In this document: one piece after another, positions 1 to 12,908 of the stretch
Position numbering within the stretch: position 1 is the stretch's first letter
Layout: each line of letters starts with the position of its first letter
Assembly (NCBI GenBank): GCA_020137815.1
Contig: CM035351.1
Coordinates: 1,364,001-1,428,000 of the forward strand
Length of the DNA stretch: 64,000 nt
Reading direction: 5' to 3'
From: Hormiphora californensis
Lineage: Eukaryota; Animalia; Ctenophora
The notes under the pieces: generated by a model
Seen by the model: the letters and a program-made list of their open reading frames with translations, nothing else
What the model was told of the DNA's origin: nothing
Databases searched by the model: none
Translations under genes and position numbers: made by a program

Positions 1-499
1 GCTAAACTCCTCTAGACCGTCCTTCTCTTCTCCGCTCTATCTAATAATCTCTCCTCTCCCTCTCTATATCGCTCTCTCTCTCGCTCTCGCTATCTCGCTC
101 TCGCTCCGCTCTCTATCTCGCTCTCTTCGATCGAAAGCGCTTGCGCATGACATGCAAGAGACAGTTTAAACGAAATGAAGTCCTACTAATATAATATACC
201 GGGTGAGAGGAGACAAGGAATTGTGAGGGGGATTGTGCCCTGTGCATATTGTGAGGGTGAGCACATTTTTTAGAGAAATTGGGAAAGAAAGGAGAGTGAC
301 TCCAGTAATTAGCGTGTGTAGCTCGGCAGAGGAAAAAGGGGTTTTCATTGTTCAACTGAATATCATATTGTTTAAAAATCCACACATCGCCTCATGTGGA
401 TCTCACACATTGTCTCCCAAAATACTGCCCTCTACGAACCGGGCCGAGAGCCTGTACAATATCACAGTCGTCATGTGGAACTCACACACATATTTACAG

Positions 500-3400
500 G
501 GTGATCGGATTGGATTCTACGCTGTGTATGATGGACATGGTGGTATGGACGCTGTCGTGTACACTGTCCAACATCTCCACTTGAATATCGCCAAGTCAAG
601 TCATTTTCCAACTGATCTTCCAAAAGCCATTGCGGAGGGTTTCAAATCGACCGATAAGAATTTCTGTACAAAGGCAGCTCGTGAGGTAAGCCTGATATCT
701 CGTAGGTACTTTTTAGTGAAAGAATATTCCCCATTGCTATCCCATCTCATGGATTTATCCCGTTTTGTAAGTTTAATACCTTTTTACATCCCTCCAGAAC
801 CTGCGAAGTGGCTCGACCTCAGTAGTGATCATCCTCAGTAAGACCCACCTCCATGTTGGATGGGTGGGGGATTCAATGGCAGTTCTGGCACGAAATCAGA
901 CACACGTTGACATCATGACGCCTCACAAGCCAGAACGAGAGGTAAACACACTGTGATACATTGTTCTAACCCTCCCTTTACATTTGTATTTCGCGTGCAG
1001 GGCTCGCGAAAGACGGTCTAGCTAGGCAAGTGATACACACTCACTCTCACGTCTGTTAGGGAGAGAAATATGTGGCACAGAAAAATGTTTGATGTTTGTC
1101 AAATGTATATCCGCGTCTGTGTATCTGCGGTTGTGTGCGTGTGTTTTCCAGGAATGTGTTGTTGTGAGGCACTGAGGGCATGGGAAGAATTAACAGCATG
1201 CAGCAAAAACTCCACCTCTCTCTCTCACTTTGTATCTCTCCCTTTCTCTCTCTAGCTCACTTTGTATCTCTCCCTTTCTATTAACATCTATCCCTCCTCC
1301 CATGTGCCCTGTTTCTCGCATAGCAGCAGGGTGAGTTATTGTATTAGATTAAGCGACTTGTTTCAATTAGTGTGTTTGGAGAGAGGAGGTGTGACGGCGG
1401 GGAGTTGTAGTATCCATGGATACCCCCTCCCCTTTCTGTGACAGATGCCCCGCCAAATGCCATTACAATTGTGCAACAGAGAATGTCGAACAGACACAAG
1501 TACAGACAGACAGGCCTACCCAAAGATTAATATCGTTGATTGCATGGGATCGGTCACAGCGTCAGAGAGGTATAGAGGGAACTGCTCAGTAAGGTAGTAT
1601 GAAATATGAAAGAGCTCCTCCAGTTGCAGCAGCTGTCAATTCGATGGTGTAGGGACGCGCGCGGGATGACTTGTGTGGAAAGTTTCTTGTTTCTACGGTC
1701 AGCATAGCGCTCAGGCGAGATACCACAACAGAGCGCGCGCGCAGTCATATCTCTTTGGGTTCTGTCACTCCGTCTCCAGTCACGATTTTCACATTCAAAT
1801 TCAGAACGAGCTGGATACACATTATGACAATCTAGTGTTATTAAAGTTACACCTTTGTTAACCCCCCGGCCCCCTCTCTTCCTCAGGACGAGAAGAAGAG
1901 GATAGAGGATCTGGGAGGGTGCGTAGTGTGGTATGGAGCATGGAGGGTTAATGGAACTCTCTCAGTGTCCCGTGCCATAGGAGACTCAGCACACAAACCA
2001 TATGTTAGGTGGGTGAACCGTGCCTGTGTCTTTCACCCACCTCTATGTGTGTTTAGTACACTGCACTCTGCAGAAGTGTAATTCGCCCTACAAGTGTTAC
2101 ATTGTAAGGCGAGTAGTACCAGTATAGTAGCCCTTTAATGCAATGTTTAGTTGTACTTGTATGTCTGTTGTTTATAGCAAGTTCATTCCTATAGCCCGTG
2201 TCACTGTCAATAGCCCAATCCCTAACCCTCACTAACCATATGTTAATGTAACCCCATTATACCCCCATTTCTTACCCTGACTACTCAGCTGTTAATGTAA
2301 TCCCATTATACCCCCATTGCTAACCCACACTACCCAGCGGTGAACCTGACATTAAGAGTTTCCTGCTGGATGGATCAGAAGACTTTGTTATCATTGCCTG
2401 TGATGGACTCTGGGATGTTATACCCTCATGGGAGGTAAGAGCGAGAGCAAGTTGAGAGAGCTGTCAGACCTAGCTATTCTCATTTCTCAAGAACTGTGGT
2501 CAGAGTATTGGCCTGACAGTAACTGTAGTTGGTAAGAGTCCAATAGCTGTATTAGAGAGACTAGACTAGTAATAAACATTTTTCCCTTCCCAGGCTGTTG
2601 AGATGGTAGTGGACTATGTCAAAGATTTTGGAGTCAACGCGGACAAAGCAGCCAAGTATCTCGTGTCCCAGGCCGTAGAGAAGGGTTCCCAAGACAATGT
2701 ATCAGTAGTGGTAGTATTCTTTGAAGAGGGCCCTCTGGTAACTAGCTGTAAGTCGGGCAGGAAACTAAGGAGACTCGTCAGTCGGGCAAAGAAAAACATA
2801 AGAAAACTTACTAGCAGTTAGCAGAGAGGGAATGAGAGTGAGGTGTGAGTGTGTGAGTGTGTGAGTGTACAGTGTGTGTAAATATAGCTAAAGGGTGCAA
2901 ACAGTAAACAAAACTAAATTATATAATGCTTGTTGCAAGTTGACTTGATTGATTTGAGAGTGATTGGTTGCTGAGAGTTGCCTTGATCGACCAAACAAGC
3001 TGAAAGTGCGTGTGTATCAAATTGGAGTGAGATAATTGGAAGTGTTTTTAAAAAGCTTAGTGTCGTCCGCGTACCTACCTCTCATTATTCCAAACTACAC
3101 GACTATATCCACCCACCTGACTGCCTAGGCCGACCCGACAGAGAAGAGGACTCTCAGATCTTCCCGGTTCCCATACCGATATCTCCCGAGGCCCAGGCGA
3201 TCCTGGAGAGGTTGGACAGGAGTATGAGGGGGACCCAGGACAGTGATGCGGAGCAAGAAGAGGGGGAGGGTGGAGAAAGTGGGGAGAAACAAACTACAGA
3301 AGGGGAAACCAAGGTTAGTACTGATCCTATTTGGTCTGCCACAAATGGTACCGCTTATCTCAGCTTCCCAGGCTAAAACAACTGCCCCTACCGTTTCAAT

Positions 3401-3589
3401 GGCCAACCTTCTAAAATGACCCCACTAACACACCCTCTCTTTCCCTAGGAGCAAGGAGGAGGCGGATCAAGTAGACCGCCGACACCCCGCTCAGAGAGAA
3501 ACACCCCGAGGGGAGAGACTCCACACAAACCTGACACCCAAAGTAGAGTCACCACACCACACGGACTAGTCACAGACTCTACTCTCTGA
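500..3589 (+). CDS. PP2C-family Ser/Thr phosphatase, PPM1E/PPM1F-like; 5' part upstream of window. Exons ~500-685, 798-941, 1887-2008, 2338-2434, 2594-2747, 3129-3313, 3449-3589 (alternative read-through stop at 2821)
   Basis: Spliced translation gives [62 protein letters not shown] and GSQDNVSV; all junctions are GT-AG and phase-compatible. Confidence 0.93.
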
Positions 3590-3724
3590 ACATTATAACA
3601 GACTCTGAATGAACTCTGTCTAGTGTCTGTGTATTTTGTAGCAGACTGAGACTCTCTGAACTGTCTAGTGTCTGTATTTTGTAACAGACTAATCTGCCTG
3701 AACTGTGCACATGAACATTATTAA

Positions 3725-3873
3725 AGTCGGATTTTTTGAAGTTGTCACCCCCCTCTTCGTGCGCGGAATGTTTTTGCGCGTCACATCACATGTTAACGTG
3801 TGGTGTGCGCGTCAAAATTGATAAATTTCACATGCGCGGTCATTTTGGGGTGACAACTTCAAAAAATCCGACT
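3725..3873. mobile_element. MITE with ~27-bp TIRs and TTAA target duplication (Kolobok-like, AG...CT termini)
   Basis: TTAA|AGTCGGATTTTTTGAAGTTGTCACCCC ... GGGGTGACAACTTCAAAAAATCCGACT|TTAA. Confidence 0.8.
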
Positions 3874-4148
3874 TTAACTGTCTGTTTTTTGTCACAGACC
3901 CTCTACTCTCTGAACTCTGTCTGTGTTTTGTTACAGACTCTCTGAACTCTGTCTGTGTATTTGGTCCACTTTGTGCGTCGTGTTGTACAGTATTGTTGTG
4001 TTGCAGCGGTGTAATATTATTCGTTCATTTTGTGTGTTGTTGAAACTAAATTGAATCGCTATAAAATCATTCTCTCAAATTGTTCTAAACCACCACCAGG
4101 AGTCCTTGTTCATTTCCCTTTTCTTATTACGTCATTTCCCTGAACCTA

Positions 4149-7100
4149 TTACGTCATCTCTCTGACCCGCTGCAGTCTGCCTGGTGTCATGATAGAACCC
4201 CTTCTATCTACATAGTTGTTAGTGCTGGATAGATGAGAATTCTGTCGGGAGGTAGCACTCTCCGCCCTGCCTCCATCCCCTGCAGTCGACATCACACTTC
4301 TACTTTGGGAGGCCACACTGTTAGCACCCATTCCCCGGCGGAATTCATTTGTAGCCTTCTGTGCCAGTAACATCGTTAGTCCATTGGATTCAGTGTACCT
4401 GGGATGGTAGAGGTGCTGTTAGAACACAATCGGTAGAAAAGTGCAAGGATAAATCATCGGTGTACAGAACAAAACCAATATTCCAAACAATGCCCCCCCC
4501 CCCCAAACAATGTTTGGAATATGGGGCAACGAACAGAGGTACTACTGGTTTATGTTTTTGACTGACCTGCACAGTAGATGAATTCCACTGGCAGCAATGT
4601 GGCTCACTTGAACAACATAGTTAGAAGACTTGACAGGTTTCATGGTACTTCCAGAGGCCTTCAGCTTGTTCTTATAATCCTGTTTCCCTCCCCGTTCCTT
4701 CAAGATTAGCTTCTCACTATCTACCACCTTGATCTCCTTTGAGGGCGAGAACTGCTGGAGACAGAACTTCTTCCAGAAGTACGTCAGAGAGGGGAAGATG
4801 CTGAGTGCGGCGTCGTGGAAGATACCCCGCTCAAATATACCCGCCTCGTGTAACTTCCTAATCTCTCCCACCTTGTCATGTGTTATGTTTATCTGCACTT
4901 TCGGGGGAAGGAGAGAGTCGATATAACAAAAGTACATGCATCGTCCCTTCTGTACCAGCAGCTGCTCCTCGGCCGGATCATAGTTACCAAGTCGTGCTGA
5001 CATCTGCACCGTCTCCGCAACCTCCTTATACCTCTCAACCTCAATAAAGAAGTCAAGGTCAGCCTGGATCTTCTCAATGTCAATTAACTTGTTGTTGACG
5101 ATCTGTCTCTTTTGGGTGTTCTTGGTGCATCTAGCGGATACCTCCTGAACATATATCCCCAGGAACTCCCTAAAGTGACTACACGTGGTGGGATCCATGA
5201 TACCTCTCTTGAAATTGATCACATTGATGGTAAAATTCACCCAGAGCCTCCTGTTCTTTTCCTTCCCAAACTCCTTCTTCTCAGTTGCGTTCCTGGTGTT
5301 CATACTAATTATCTTCTCTCTAATATGGGCAGGGAATGCCTCTAGGAAGGGTAACCAGTAGACTGTCTCCATCTCTTTACAGATGAGGGTCTGGGCAGAT
5401 AGGAGGATGGTATGGGTAACTTTCTTGGAGTTGCACAACTCCTTGTAAACATGCCCGTTCTTGTCCATTAGAACCTTGCCCAACATGGGGGAGTAAGCTC
5501 CAAAGAACTGCTGCTGGATAAACTGCATTCTGTCCTGTCGCTGTTTGGGATTCCGGCATGCCTTGAGACTCTCTACTATCTGGTAGAACAAGATTGAAGG
5601 GTCCTGGTTATCCTCGTTTACGGAGAGAAACTGTCTGAATTTAGCGAGCAGTTCCCGTGTCCTCATCACATCCATGAAACTCTTGGGGATAGTGTTGAGT
5701 CTGTCAGTGGATAGGTCTAGACCGGATGTGTTGGTCAGGTTGTACTCTAGTTGAGAGAGGGTCGGGTCAGATAGATGGATCATGGAGGAGATTGCGTCAC
5801 CTCGCCTCCCACTTATAACGGGCTTTGCAGGGACCTCTACTACTTGGGGTGCCAACACGTTTATCGTGGCTTCCTGGGTGGTGAGGAAATTAGGGATAAA
5901 TTAGTGATTAGGTTATCGGTGCGGGGGAGAGTGGTCACGGCGTGCCTGGTGAAATTTTAACACGACCTAGCATGCGACGGGAAACCACCACTTGTACGTG
6001 GTAGCTGAGGGTCTACAGAATGGCGCTACGGTGCGGGAAAAAACATTCCATTCCCTAAAATCTTTTTTTTTACTTTTATTTGATTTGGGTCAAAATTGGC
6101 TATATTAAACGTGGTCCCGAAAAATCCATAATGACTTAGCACACGAAATATGTCACCCCTACCTATTTTTGCACGTAGAATCGATTGCCGTTGAAGTCGA
6201 ATCTCTAAAATGACTGTAAAATGGTCAAAAGTTGATTTTTTACCAATTTTTGGAGGTTTTTGGCCCTTAAACCATTGAAAACGTTGAGATAGGAATTTGA
6301 AACTAGTGCCAATCGTTAAAATGGTCATTTTTCTACCAAGAACCAAGTTTTCGTGTATATCCGATTTATGGTTAGATTTGGGCAAATTGTTGAAATCTGC
6401 CAACTAGGAGAACCGTAACTTGATTTTCTTGTTTTTTGGATTTTGGCATTTTCGACAAACTTCTGATTGAAATGGTCAATCGGGACCATGCTTAAGTTGT
6501 TTATGGGACAATTTTCGACTAAAATCCAAGATTTCATACCAATCCAATAACAGATCGTTGATTTATAGAAAATTTAAGTAGGCAAAACGGTCAAAATGAC
6601 AACTTTTTTTGCTTATTTTCACCGTTTTGCCTACTTAAATTTTCTATAAATCAACGATCTGTTATTGGATTGGTATGAAATCTTGGATTTTAGTCGAAAA
6701 TTGTCCCATAAACAACTTAAGCATGGTCCCGATTGACCATTTCAATCAGAAGTTTGTCGAAAATGCCAAAATCCAAAAAACAAGAAAATCAAGTTACGGT
6801 TCTCCTAGTTGGCAGATTTCAACAATTTGCCCAAATCTAACCATAAATCGGATATACACGAAAACTTGGTTCTTGGTAGATAAATGACCATTTTAACGAT
6901 TGGCACTAGTTTCAAATTCCTATCTCAACGTTTTCAATGGTTTAGGGGCCAAAAACCTCCAAAAAATGGTAAAAAATCAACTTTTGACCATTTTACAGTC
7001 ATTTTAGAGATTCGACTTCAACGGCAATCGATTCTACGTGCAAAAATAGGTAGGGGTGACATATTTCGTGTGCTAAGTCATTATGGATTTTTCGGGACCA

Positions 7101-10100
7101 CGTTTAATATAGCCAATTTTGACCCAAATCAAATAAAAGTAAAAAAAAAGATTTTAGGGAATGGAATGTTTTTTCCCGCACCGTAGCGCCATTCTGTAGA
7201 CCCTCAGCTACCACGTACAAGTGGTGGTTTCCCGTCGCATGCTAGGTCGTGTTAAAATTTCACCAGGCACGCCGTGTGGTATATTATCCGAGTCTCCAAA
7301 TCATGTACGTCAAGCACACTCACCGGAGATGTCTCCCTGTTCTCCACTTTAGCAGCCAGGGCTCGCCGGGTAGGTGGTTTCTGGTCCCCAAATAGGGTTG
7401 TTGGGGTATTTGGAGCTGAGCCACACCGGGATTCAGGGGAGGGGCTCCGTTCTGTCTTAGCAGACGACAATACCGGTAGGTTATGGCCTGAGGGGGAAGT
7501 ATGCAGTTTTTAAAACGGTTCCAAGATCATGATGGGAAAATACTTATTTTTGCCTAGCTCGACCCTCTCATCGTCGAGCTAGGAAGGAACTGGGGAGTAT
7601 AAACTACTAATTTACTGTACCTGGGTACTCTATGGCCTCTGCTAGCTGCATTGCAGCCCACATGACACGTGCATTGGGACTGCTCAATGTCTCATAGATC
7701 AGGTCTTCAGAGGTGTGATGTAGGAAAGGAGGTACGGCCCCATCTGTCTTTAGTACTGTCTGAAGGGAGAGGCAGAGGATTAAATACCACAACTGACTAT
7801 AATTTAGTAGCAAACTAGCAAACCCTCCCTAAAATATAACAACTGCAGACTCACACATTTATCTAGGAATTCATTTTCACTGTCCTCGATGTACCGCAAC
7901 CAATGATCCAGTATTCTCTTCGCTGCAAACTTCTGAGCCAGTGTCAGCCACTCTACCACGCTGTATCGATTAACAATAGCAAACCAGAGGGAATCAGTAA
8001 ATGGGTCATCCCACTGTGTGTAACGCTTTCCATCAGGATGTGTGTATTTATATAGCAGGGAGTGGAGCTCTCTCTCAAAATCACTGGTGTCCTTTCCCCC
8101 GTTTATATCTACCATCTGATCTGAAATGGGGCATATTACTAAGTCCTGGAATATATACATTGTATATGTACATTAAGTGTACATTCGTGTATACATTCGC
8201 CAATGTACACAAAATGTACTGTCTGTTTACATTCGCGCGCGCTCTTAGATCCCACATGACTCCGAGGAGCTTTTTTGAGAGTCACCCGCGTCAGGATCAC
8301 CACGAGGGAATACTCGCGCGTTACATACATGAATCACAAAACCCAAAATTGTGTGTCACAATACAAGGTCTGTCACAGTGTTGAGTGTGATATGTCACAA
8401 GGTCTGTCACACCTGTCACCTACTTTTGGTGAACGACCAGTCAAGTTGTAAGGAGTCTTGCTCAGAAAAGAATCCAACTAGACTCATTGCGTACCCCCTA
8501 GCACAGAACATTGTATAATCCTCAGTGGAATACTTGTGGGCAAATCTCTCCAAATCGACCCATAACTGATAGTTGTACAGTGCTGACGGTTCACATTTCT
8601 TGGTCAGAAATGCCCTGAAGTCCTCTGAAACAGGTTAAAATGTTGAACAAATAATCAGAACTGGAAATTGATTCCAAGCATTTTCAGATTCCGAAATAAG
8701 GTTCAAGAGTTTTATTAGGTCCTTACCCCCTCCAATGGTGTCGCTAGCGATGGAGATCTCTAACAGATTGTTAATGTCTACTTCTTTCAAACTTGTCTCG
8801 TTAAATACTTGGGTCAGGGCATCACAATAATTTTCCTGGGGAGTGGGAGGGTATAATTGTAACATATAGTAACGAGTCATTTACAACGAATGCTAGCGTG
8901 ACATTTATGACGATAGATAACGATTGATTGAGGTAAGATGCTAGGAGGCAAGGGGGGTTACCTTATATATTTCATCTCTAAGGGAGCAAGGGCAGCAAGA
9001 GAATAACTCCACTTCTTGCTGTAGAAACTTCTGTATCTCTAGCTCCCGTGTCCTGCTTAGCTTATGTCTTGACCAATCGACACTAGCTGTAGTTGTATTG
9101 GTCACCATCAATCCACTAGGTCTTCTACCGTTTTGTAGTCGCTTCAATAACCTGTGGGCGACACCGGTGAGGTGAAATGAATAAACAAAACAGTATTGTA
9201 GGAACTAGGAAAAATAAATCTCGAGAGATTCGGATTTGCAACTCTACCGTTTCTTAGCTAGATCGAATGACTCCAATTGATCTGGTGTTCCCTCCATCCC
9301 GGTTATTGACATGCTTCGTTTTCTCTCCGTAGCACCAGTCAGCGTGAACCTCCTCTGGACCCCCTGGCCGCCAACCTCACTATTTCTCCTCCTGTTAACA
9401 GCTGATTCGTCCTGAATCCTACTTCGGAGGTTCTTCAGGTTTCTCTCTGTCATACTTTGGGTTCTGGTTCTTCCTGATTGATCTGAGGAGGGAGATGGTT
9501 TCCATAGTTATATTTTCCATAGTTATATTGCTAATCAATAGAAATTAGTGTCCGCCGTCTGGGGGCTGATATCATTGCTAAAAGTGCTAATACTAATAGA
9601 TAGTGGGCAATCATTTCTCACCAGCTGTAGGGACATCCATCCTAAGTTGGGGCTCAAAAACAACCTGAGACGTCCTTCTTAGTCCATCGGAACTGCATAA
9701 CTTCATTTTCAGTGTAGAGGGAAGTACCGGTGCTATCGGATCTGTAGAATGGGTGTTATAATGTTATATATTAGAAAGTAGGGCATCTAGTTAGTAGATG
9801 TAGTTAGTAGATGTATTTAGTACATGTGTCGTGTAACAGTATCGATTAGGTTCGGTCGACTACGTACCCTCGTCTGCAGGTGTGCTAACATCAGGGGTCT
9901 GTGCAAGGAGCTTCATAATACTGCTACCACGCCGCCTTATACCCTCAAATGCTGTCTTATCTTTTAGTTCTGGAAAAAGTGAAATCAATAAACACGACAG
10001 ATCATGATAGTGAGACAACAACAAACTTTAAAAAAGGGAATAAAATACGTTTTTCAAGATGAGTATAAAACCGGTGTAACCAGTAATCCCTCAAATCCTC

Positions 10101-11202
10101 TGTTATAGCGTCTTGGAGGGGTCGGAACAACTTCCTCTCTCGCAGAAGTTTGTCTTTAAATTGTTGAAGGAATTCTTGGCCACGATTAACAAATCGTACA
10201 TCTTTGCACACCAATTTAAGTTGTTTTAGAGCCAGGGAGCGATAATGATCTGGTAGTGATCTTGAAGAGCTAGGTACCATCTGAAATGATAAAATACTGG
10301 AATTTAGTTAATCAATTAATTAATTAATTAATTAATTAATTAATCTGTATAACTTGATAGGAATACTAACAAGGTAGCTGTCGAAGATGTGTTCGAGAAA
10401 GTCAGCCTTGTCCTCATTGGCAAGGGAGTGAAGTCTCTCAACAGCCAGCCAAGTCTCTACCAGGGGTCGGCCTGATTCTTGGAGTAGCACGAAGTGGTGA
10501 AAGTTATAGAATCCCATCACATCATTTATCCTAGGAATATCCGCATCTGGAGAGGTAGAAAAATGTTGTTATACCAGATCGTTGTTGTGATACAATATAC
10601 GTCAGATCAGTGGAGAAAAGATGATTTCCACATTTTAACATCGGCATGTCATCCTCCAGACACAGCACTCACAAACAGACAAAATGGGGTGCAGTGTGGA
10701 CTACTTACACTGTGATTCCAGTGCAGTGAATGTCTCAACAAGAGGGTGATCAAGAAGCACTTCTTTGCACATACGATAGTGGAAGTACATGTGTGAACGG
10801 GTAAACATGGGTAGGCGAACCTCACTCAGCCACGCCATCACTTTCTCATTGTGAGCATTCTGTGAGATGGTGGAGGTGGGGGTGATGTGTGTCACCTAGT
10901 AGTACCGCTGCAATGGTGAGTGTCATAACTGGGTGAGACTAATAAGTCAGAATTCTAAACTCTTACGATATATCGTCGAGATAGGACTGGTTCAATAGAA
11001 AAACATTCTTTTCCAGGGAGGTATGTTATCCGCCTTGGGAAAACCTACAATGTTAATATCAAGGTAAATTGAGGAAGATAAATTGAGCTCACAATTATGA
11101 GTTAGCTTTACTTACAGGCAAGTTAAGAAACACATTAAAGTAGCTGATAAATGTTGGGTCCTTCAGAAGATGCTTCAAGTAGGAAACTGTGTAAATTGCC
11201 CC
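4149..11202 (-). CDS. Large multi-exon RGS22/RGSL1-like regulator of G-protein signalling (start codon uncertain)
   Basis: N-terminal exons read LLKDPTFISYFNVFLNLP and AWLSEVRLPMFTRSHMYFHYRMCKE, resembling the RGS22/RGSL1 N-terminus; repeated RGS-like segments (FRQFL...FYQIVESLK; FREFL...LDFFIEVERYK...QINI); large exon from 5873 downward; GT-AG junctions. Confidence 0.75.
5936..7276. mobile_element. Non-autonomous foldback DNA transposon, 656-bp arms, CAC...GTG termini, 4-bp TSD (Chapaev/CMC-like), intronic
   Basis: TGGT|CACGGCGTGCCTGG ... CCAGGCACGCCGTG|TGGT; 5936-6591 is the reverse complement of 6621-7276 with about 3 mismatches seen. Confidence 0.9.
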
Positions 11203-11548
11203 TGAAAACATGATAATGATATTACCAATACAAAAGTAAATTGTTATGAAGATTTAGATTGATTTGCATCTAAAAAAGTGAAGATGGTTAGCACTCATTA
11301 CTCAAATGAAAAAGCATTACTTTTTTGAGCGATTGAGTCGCTACGTCGCTTCATGATGTGTGTAGTTGTATCCAAAAGCTATTTAAAATCATTTTTCGTC
11401 ATCTACAAGTGTGGGAAAGGAGTAGGAATAACTTCTGAAATAGTGAACCATAATAAAGTTCAAGAGCGTCCAAAAGCGCACCAGATCCAGAAGAGACCAA
11501 ATTCAAGAGTGCACCACATCCAGAAGAGACCACTTCAAGAGCGGTATC
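10548..11548. repeat. 1-kb segment repeated at 12909-13909 (copy 1)
   Basis: Apparently identical sequence at offset 2361; identical ORFs in the track (10701-10895 = 13062-13256). Confidence 0.95.
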
Positions 11549-11945
11549 CCCAGGATCGATGTGGAGATGTAGGAGTAAGGACCCAGGGACGATGTGAGGA
11601 TTGTAGATTAGAGGACCCAGGGATCGATGTGGAGCAAGTAGGGAAAGGACCCAGGAATCGATGTGGAGAGGTAGGAGTAAGACCCAGGGATCGATGTGAA
11701 GGAGTTGGAAAATACCCAGGGATCGATGTGAGCAAGTAGGGAAGGACCCGGAATCGATGTGGAGGGTGGGTAAAGAGGAACCCATGATCGATGTGGAGGA
11801 GGTAGGAGTAGAGGACCCAGGGATCGATGTGGAGGAGGTAGGAGTAAAGGACCCAGGAATCGATGTGGAGGAGGTAGGAGTAGAGGACCCAGGTATCGAT
11901 GTGAAGGAATAACAAGAGAAAAGGGAGCCCAGGAATCATAGGAGT
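11549..11945. repeat. Minisatellite, ~38-40 bp unit (CCCAGGGATCGATGTGGAGGAGGTAGGAGTAGAGGA)
   Basis: About 10 degenerate tandem copies with a GATCGATGTG core. Confidence 0.9.
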
Positions 11946-12039
11946 TGGAACAGTTAGTTACTCAGGAATCCATGTGGATGTACCAAATGTAGGGAAGTGA
12001 GGATTATTTTGCCGATCATTGTTGTGTTGCTCTAAAGAC

Positions 12040-12808
12040 CAAGTGCGTCTTCAGGATGTTTTAAAAGTAGTAAGGGATTCTGGTCCCGATTGATGTGGTA
12101 GCTGATTCCATAATTTAGGTGCAGCAATACTGAAGCGCCTCTAGTGTTCTCTAGTGGTACTCACTCCTCCGCACCTCTTTCAGAGCGGTGACGTCATTAT
12201 CCACTCGGAGTGATTTCACTTTCTGGGGCCGCTTCACTAACATCTCACATGTATGGAGGGGATTGATCATGAAGAGTTCTTGTATACCCATCAGCAAATT
12301 TTGTACTTATTCGCTGTTTCACAGCAAGAAGTGTGATTTCATACGAAGTTTTGTTACACCGCGTTTTCCTCTTTTCCCTAATTATCGTGTCGCACTGTTC
12401 TGAACTTTCTGTAGACGTTTCAGGTCAGAGTCCTTTAATGAAACCAAAAGAGAGTTGCAATAACGATACGGCTATGAATAAGGGTTGAAACCAGCTTAGT
12501 TTTCTGTGCCTTACTCAATTTTCCGGCTATTCTCCACATCTGTACCAGTTGTAGATTGCAACTTTGACAACTTTAGTAACGTGATCGGCCATTGATAATG
12601 TGCTGTCAAACATTACGCCCCAAGTTTCTCGCTCTTGGGGTGACTTCTGTTTCGCCATCTTCTGGATTGATCAATATGTTTCTCAATATCAGGTGATTTA
12701 CTCCATTTGTTTTTCAGGATGAAGAACTTCCGTTTTCTCTGGGTTGACTTCAGCATACTATGAGCCATCCACAATTTTAGTGTGCCATGCATTTCTGTAT
12801 CTTTTCGT
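12040..12808 (-). pseudogene. Degenerate 3' end of an L2/CR1-group LINE ORF2
   Basis: Minus strand encodes frameshifted YCNSLL...KRLQKVQNSATR and RFSIAAPKLWNQLP motifs. Confidence 0.8.
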
Positions 12809-12908
12809 NNNNNNNNNNNNNNNNNNNNNNNNNNNNNNNNNNNNNNNNNNNNNNNNNNNNNNNNNNNNNNNNNNNNNNNNNNNNNNNNNNNNNNNNNNNN
12901 NNNNNNNN
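12809..12908. other. Assembly gap (100 N)
   Basis: Run of exactly 100 N. Confidence 1.

Noticed and set aside
1310-1340. Microexon TAG/CAG/CAG-G-GTGAGT inside the PP2C intron
   Set aside because: Possible lengths (7, 4 or 1 nt) all shift the frame, and the flanking exons already join in phase.
6026-7186. Mirror-image ORF pairs (6026-6403/6884-7186; 6325-6537/6675-6887), and likewise 25091-25728
   Set aside because: By-products of inverted-repeat elements; no transposase motifs.
11549-11945. CRISPR-like or acceptor-array interpretation of the 39-bp repeat
   Set aside because: No unique spacers, eukaryotic context, and the unit lacks a YAG on the host-gene strand and does not abut an exon.
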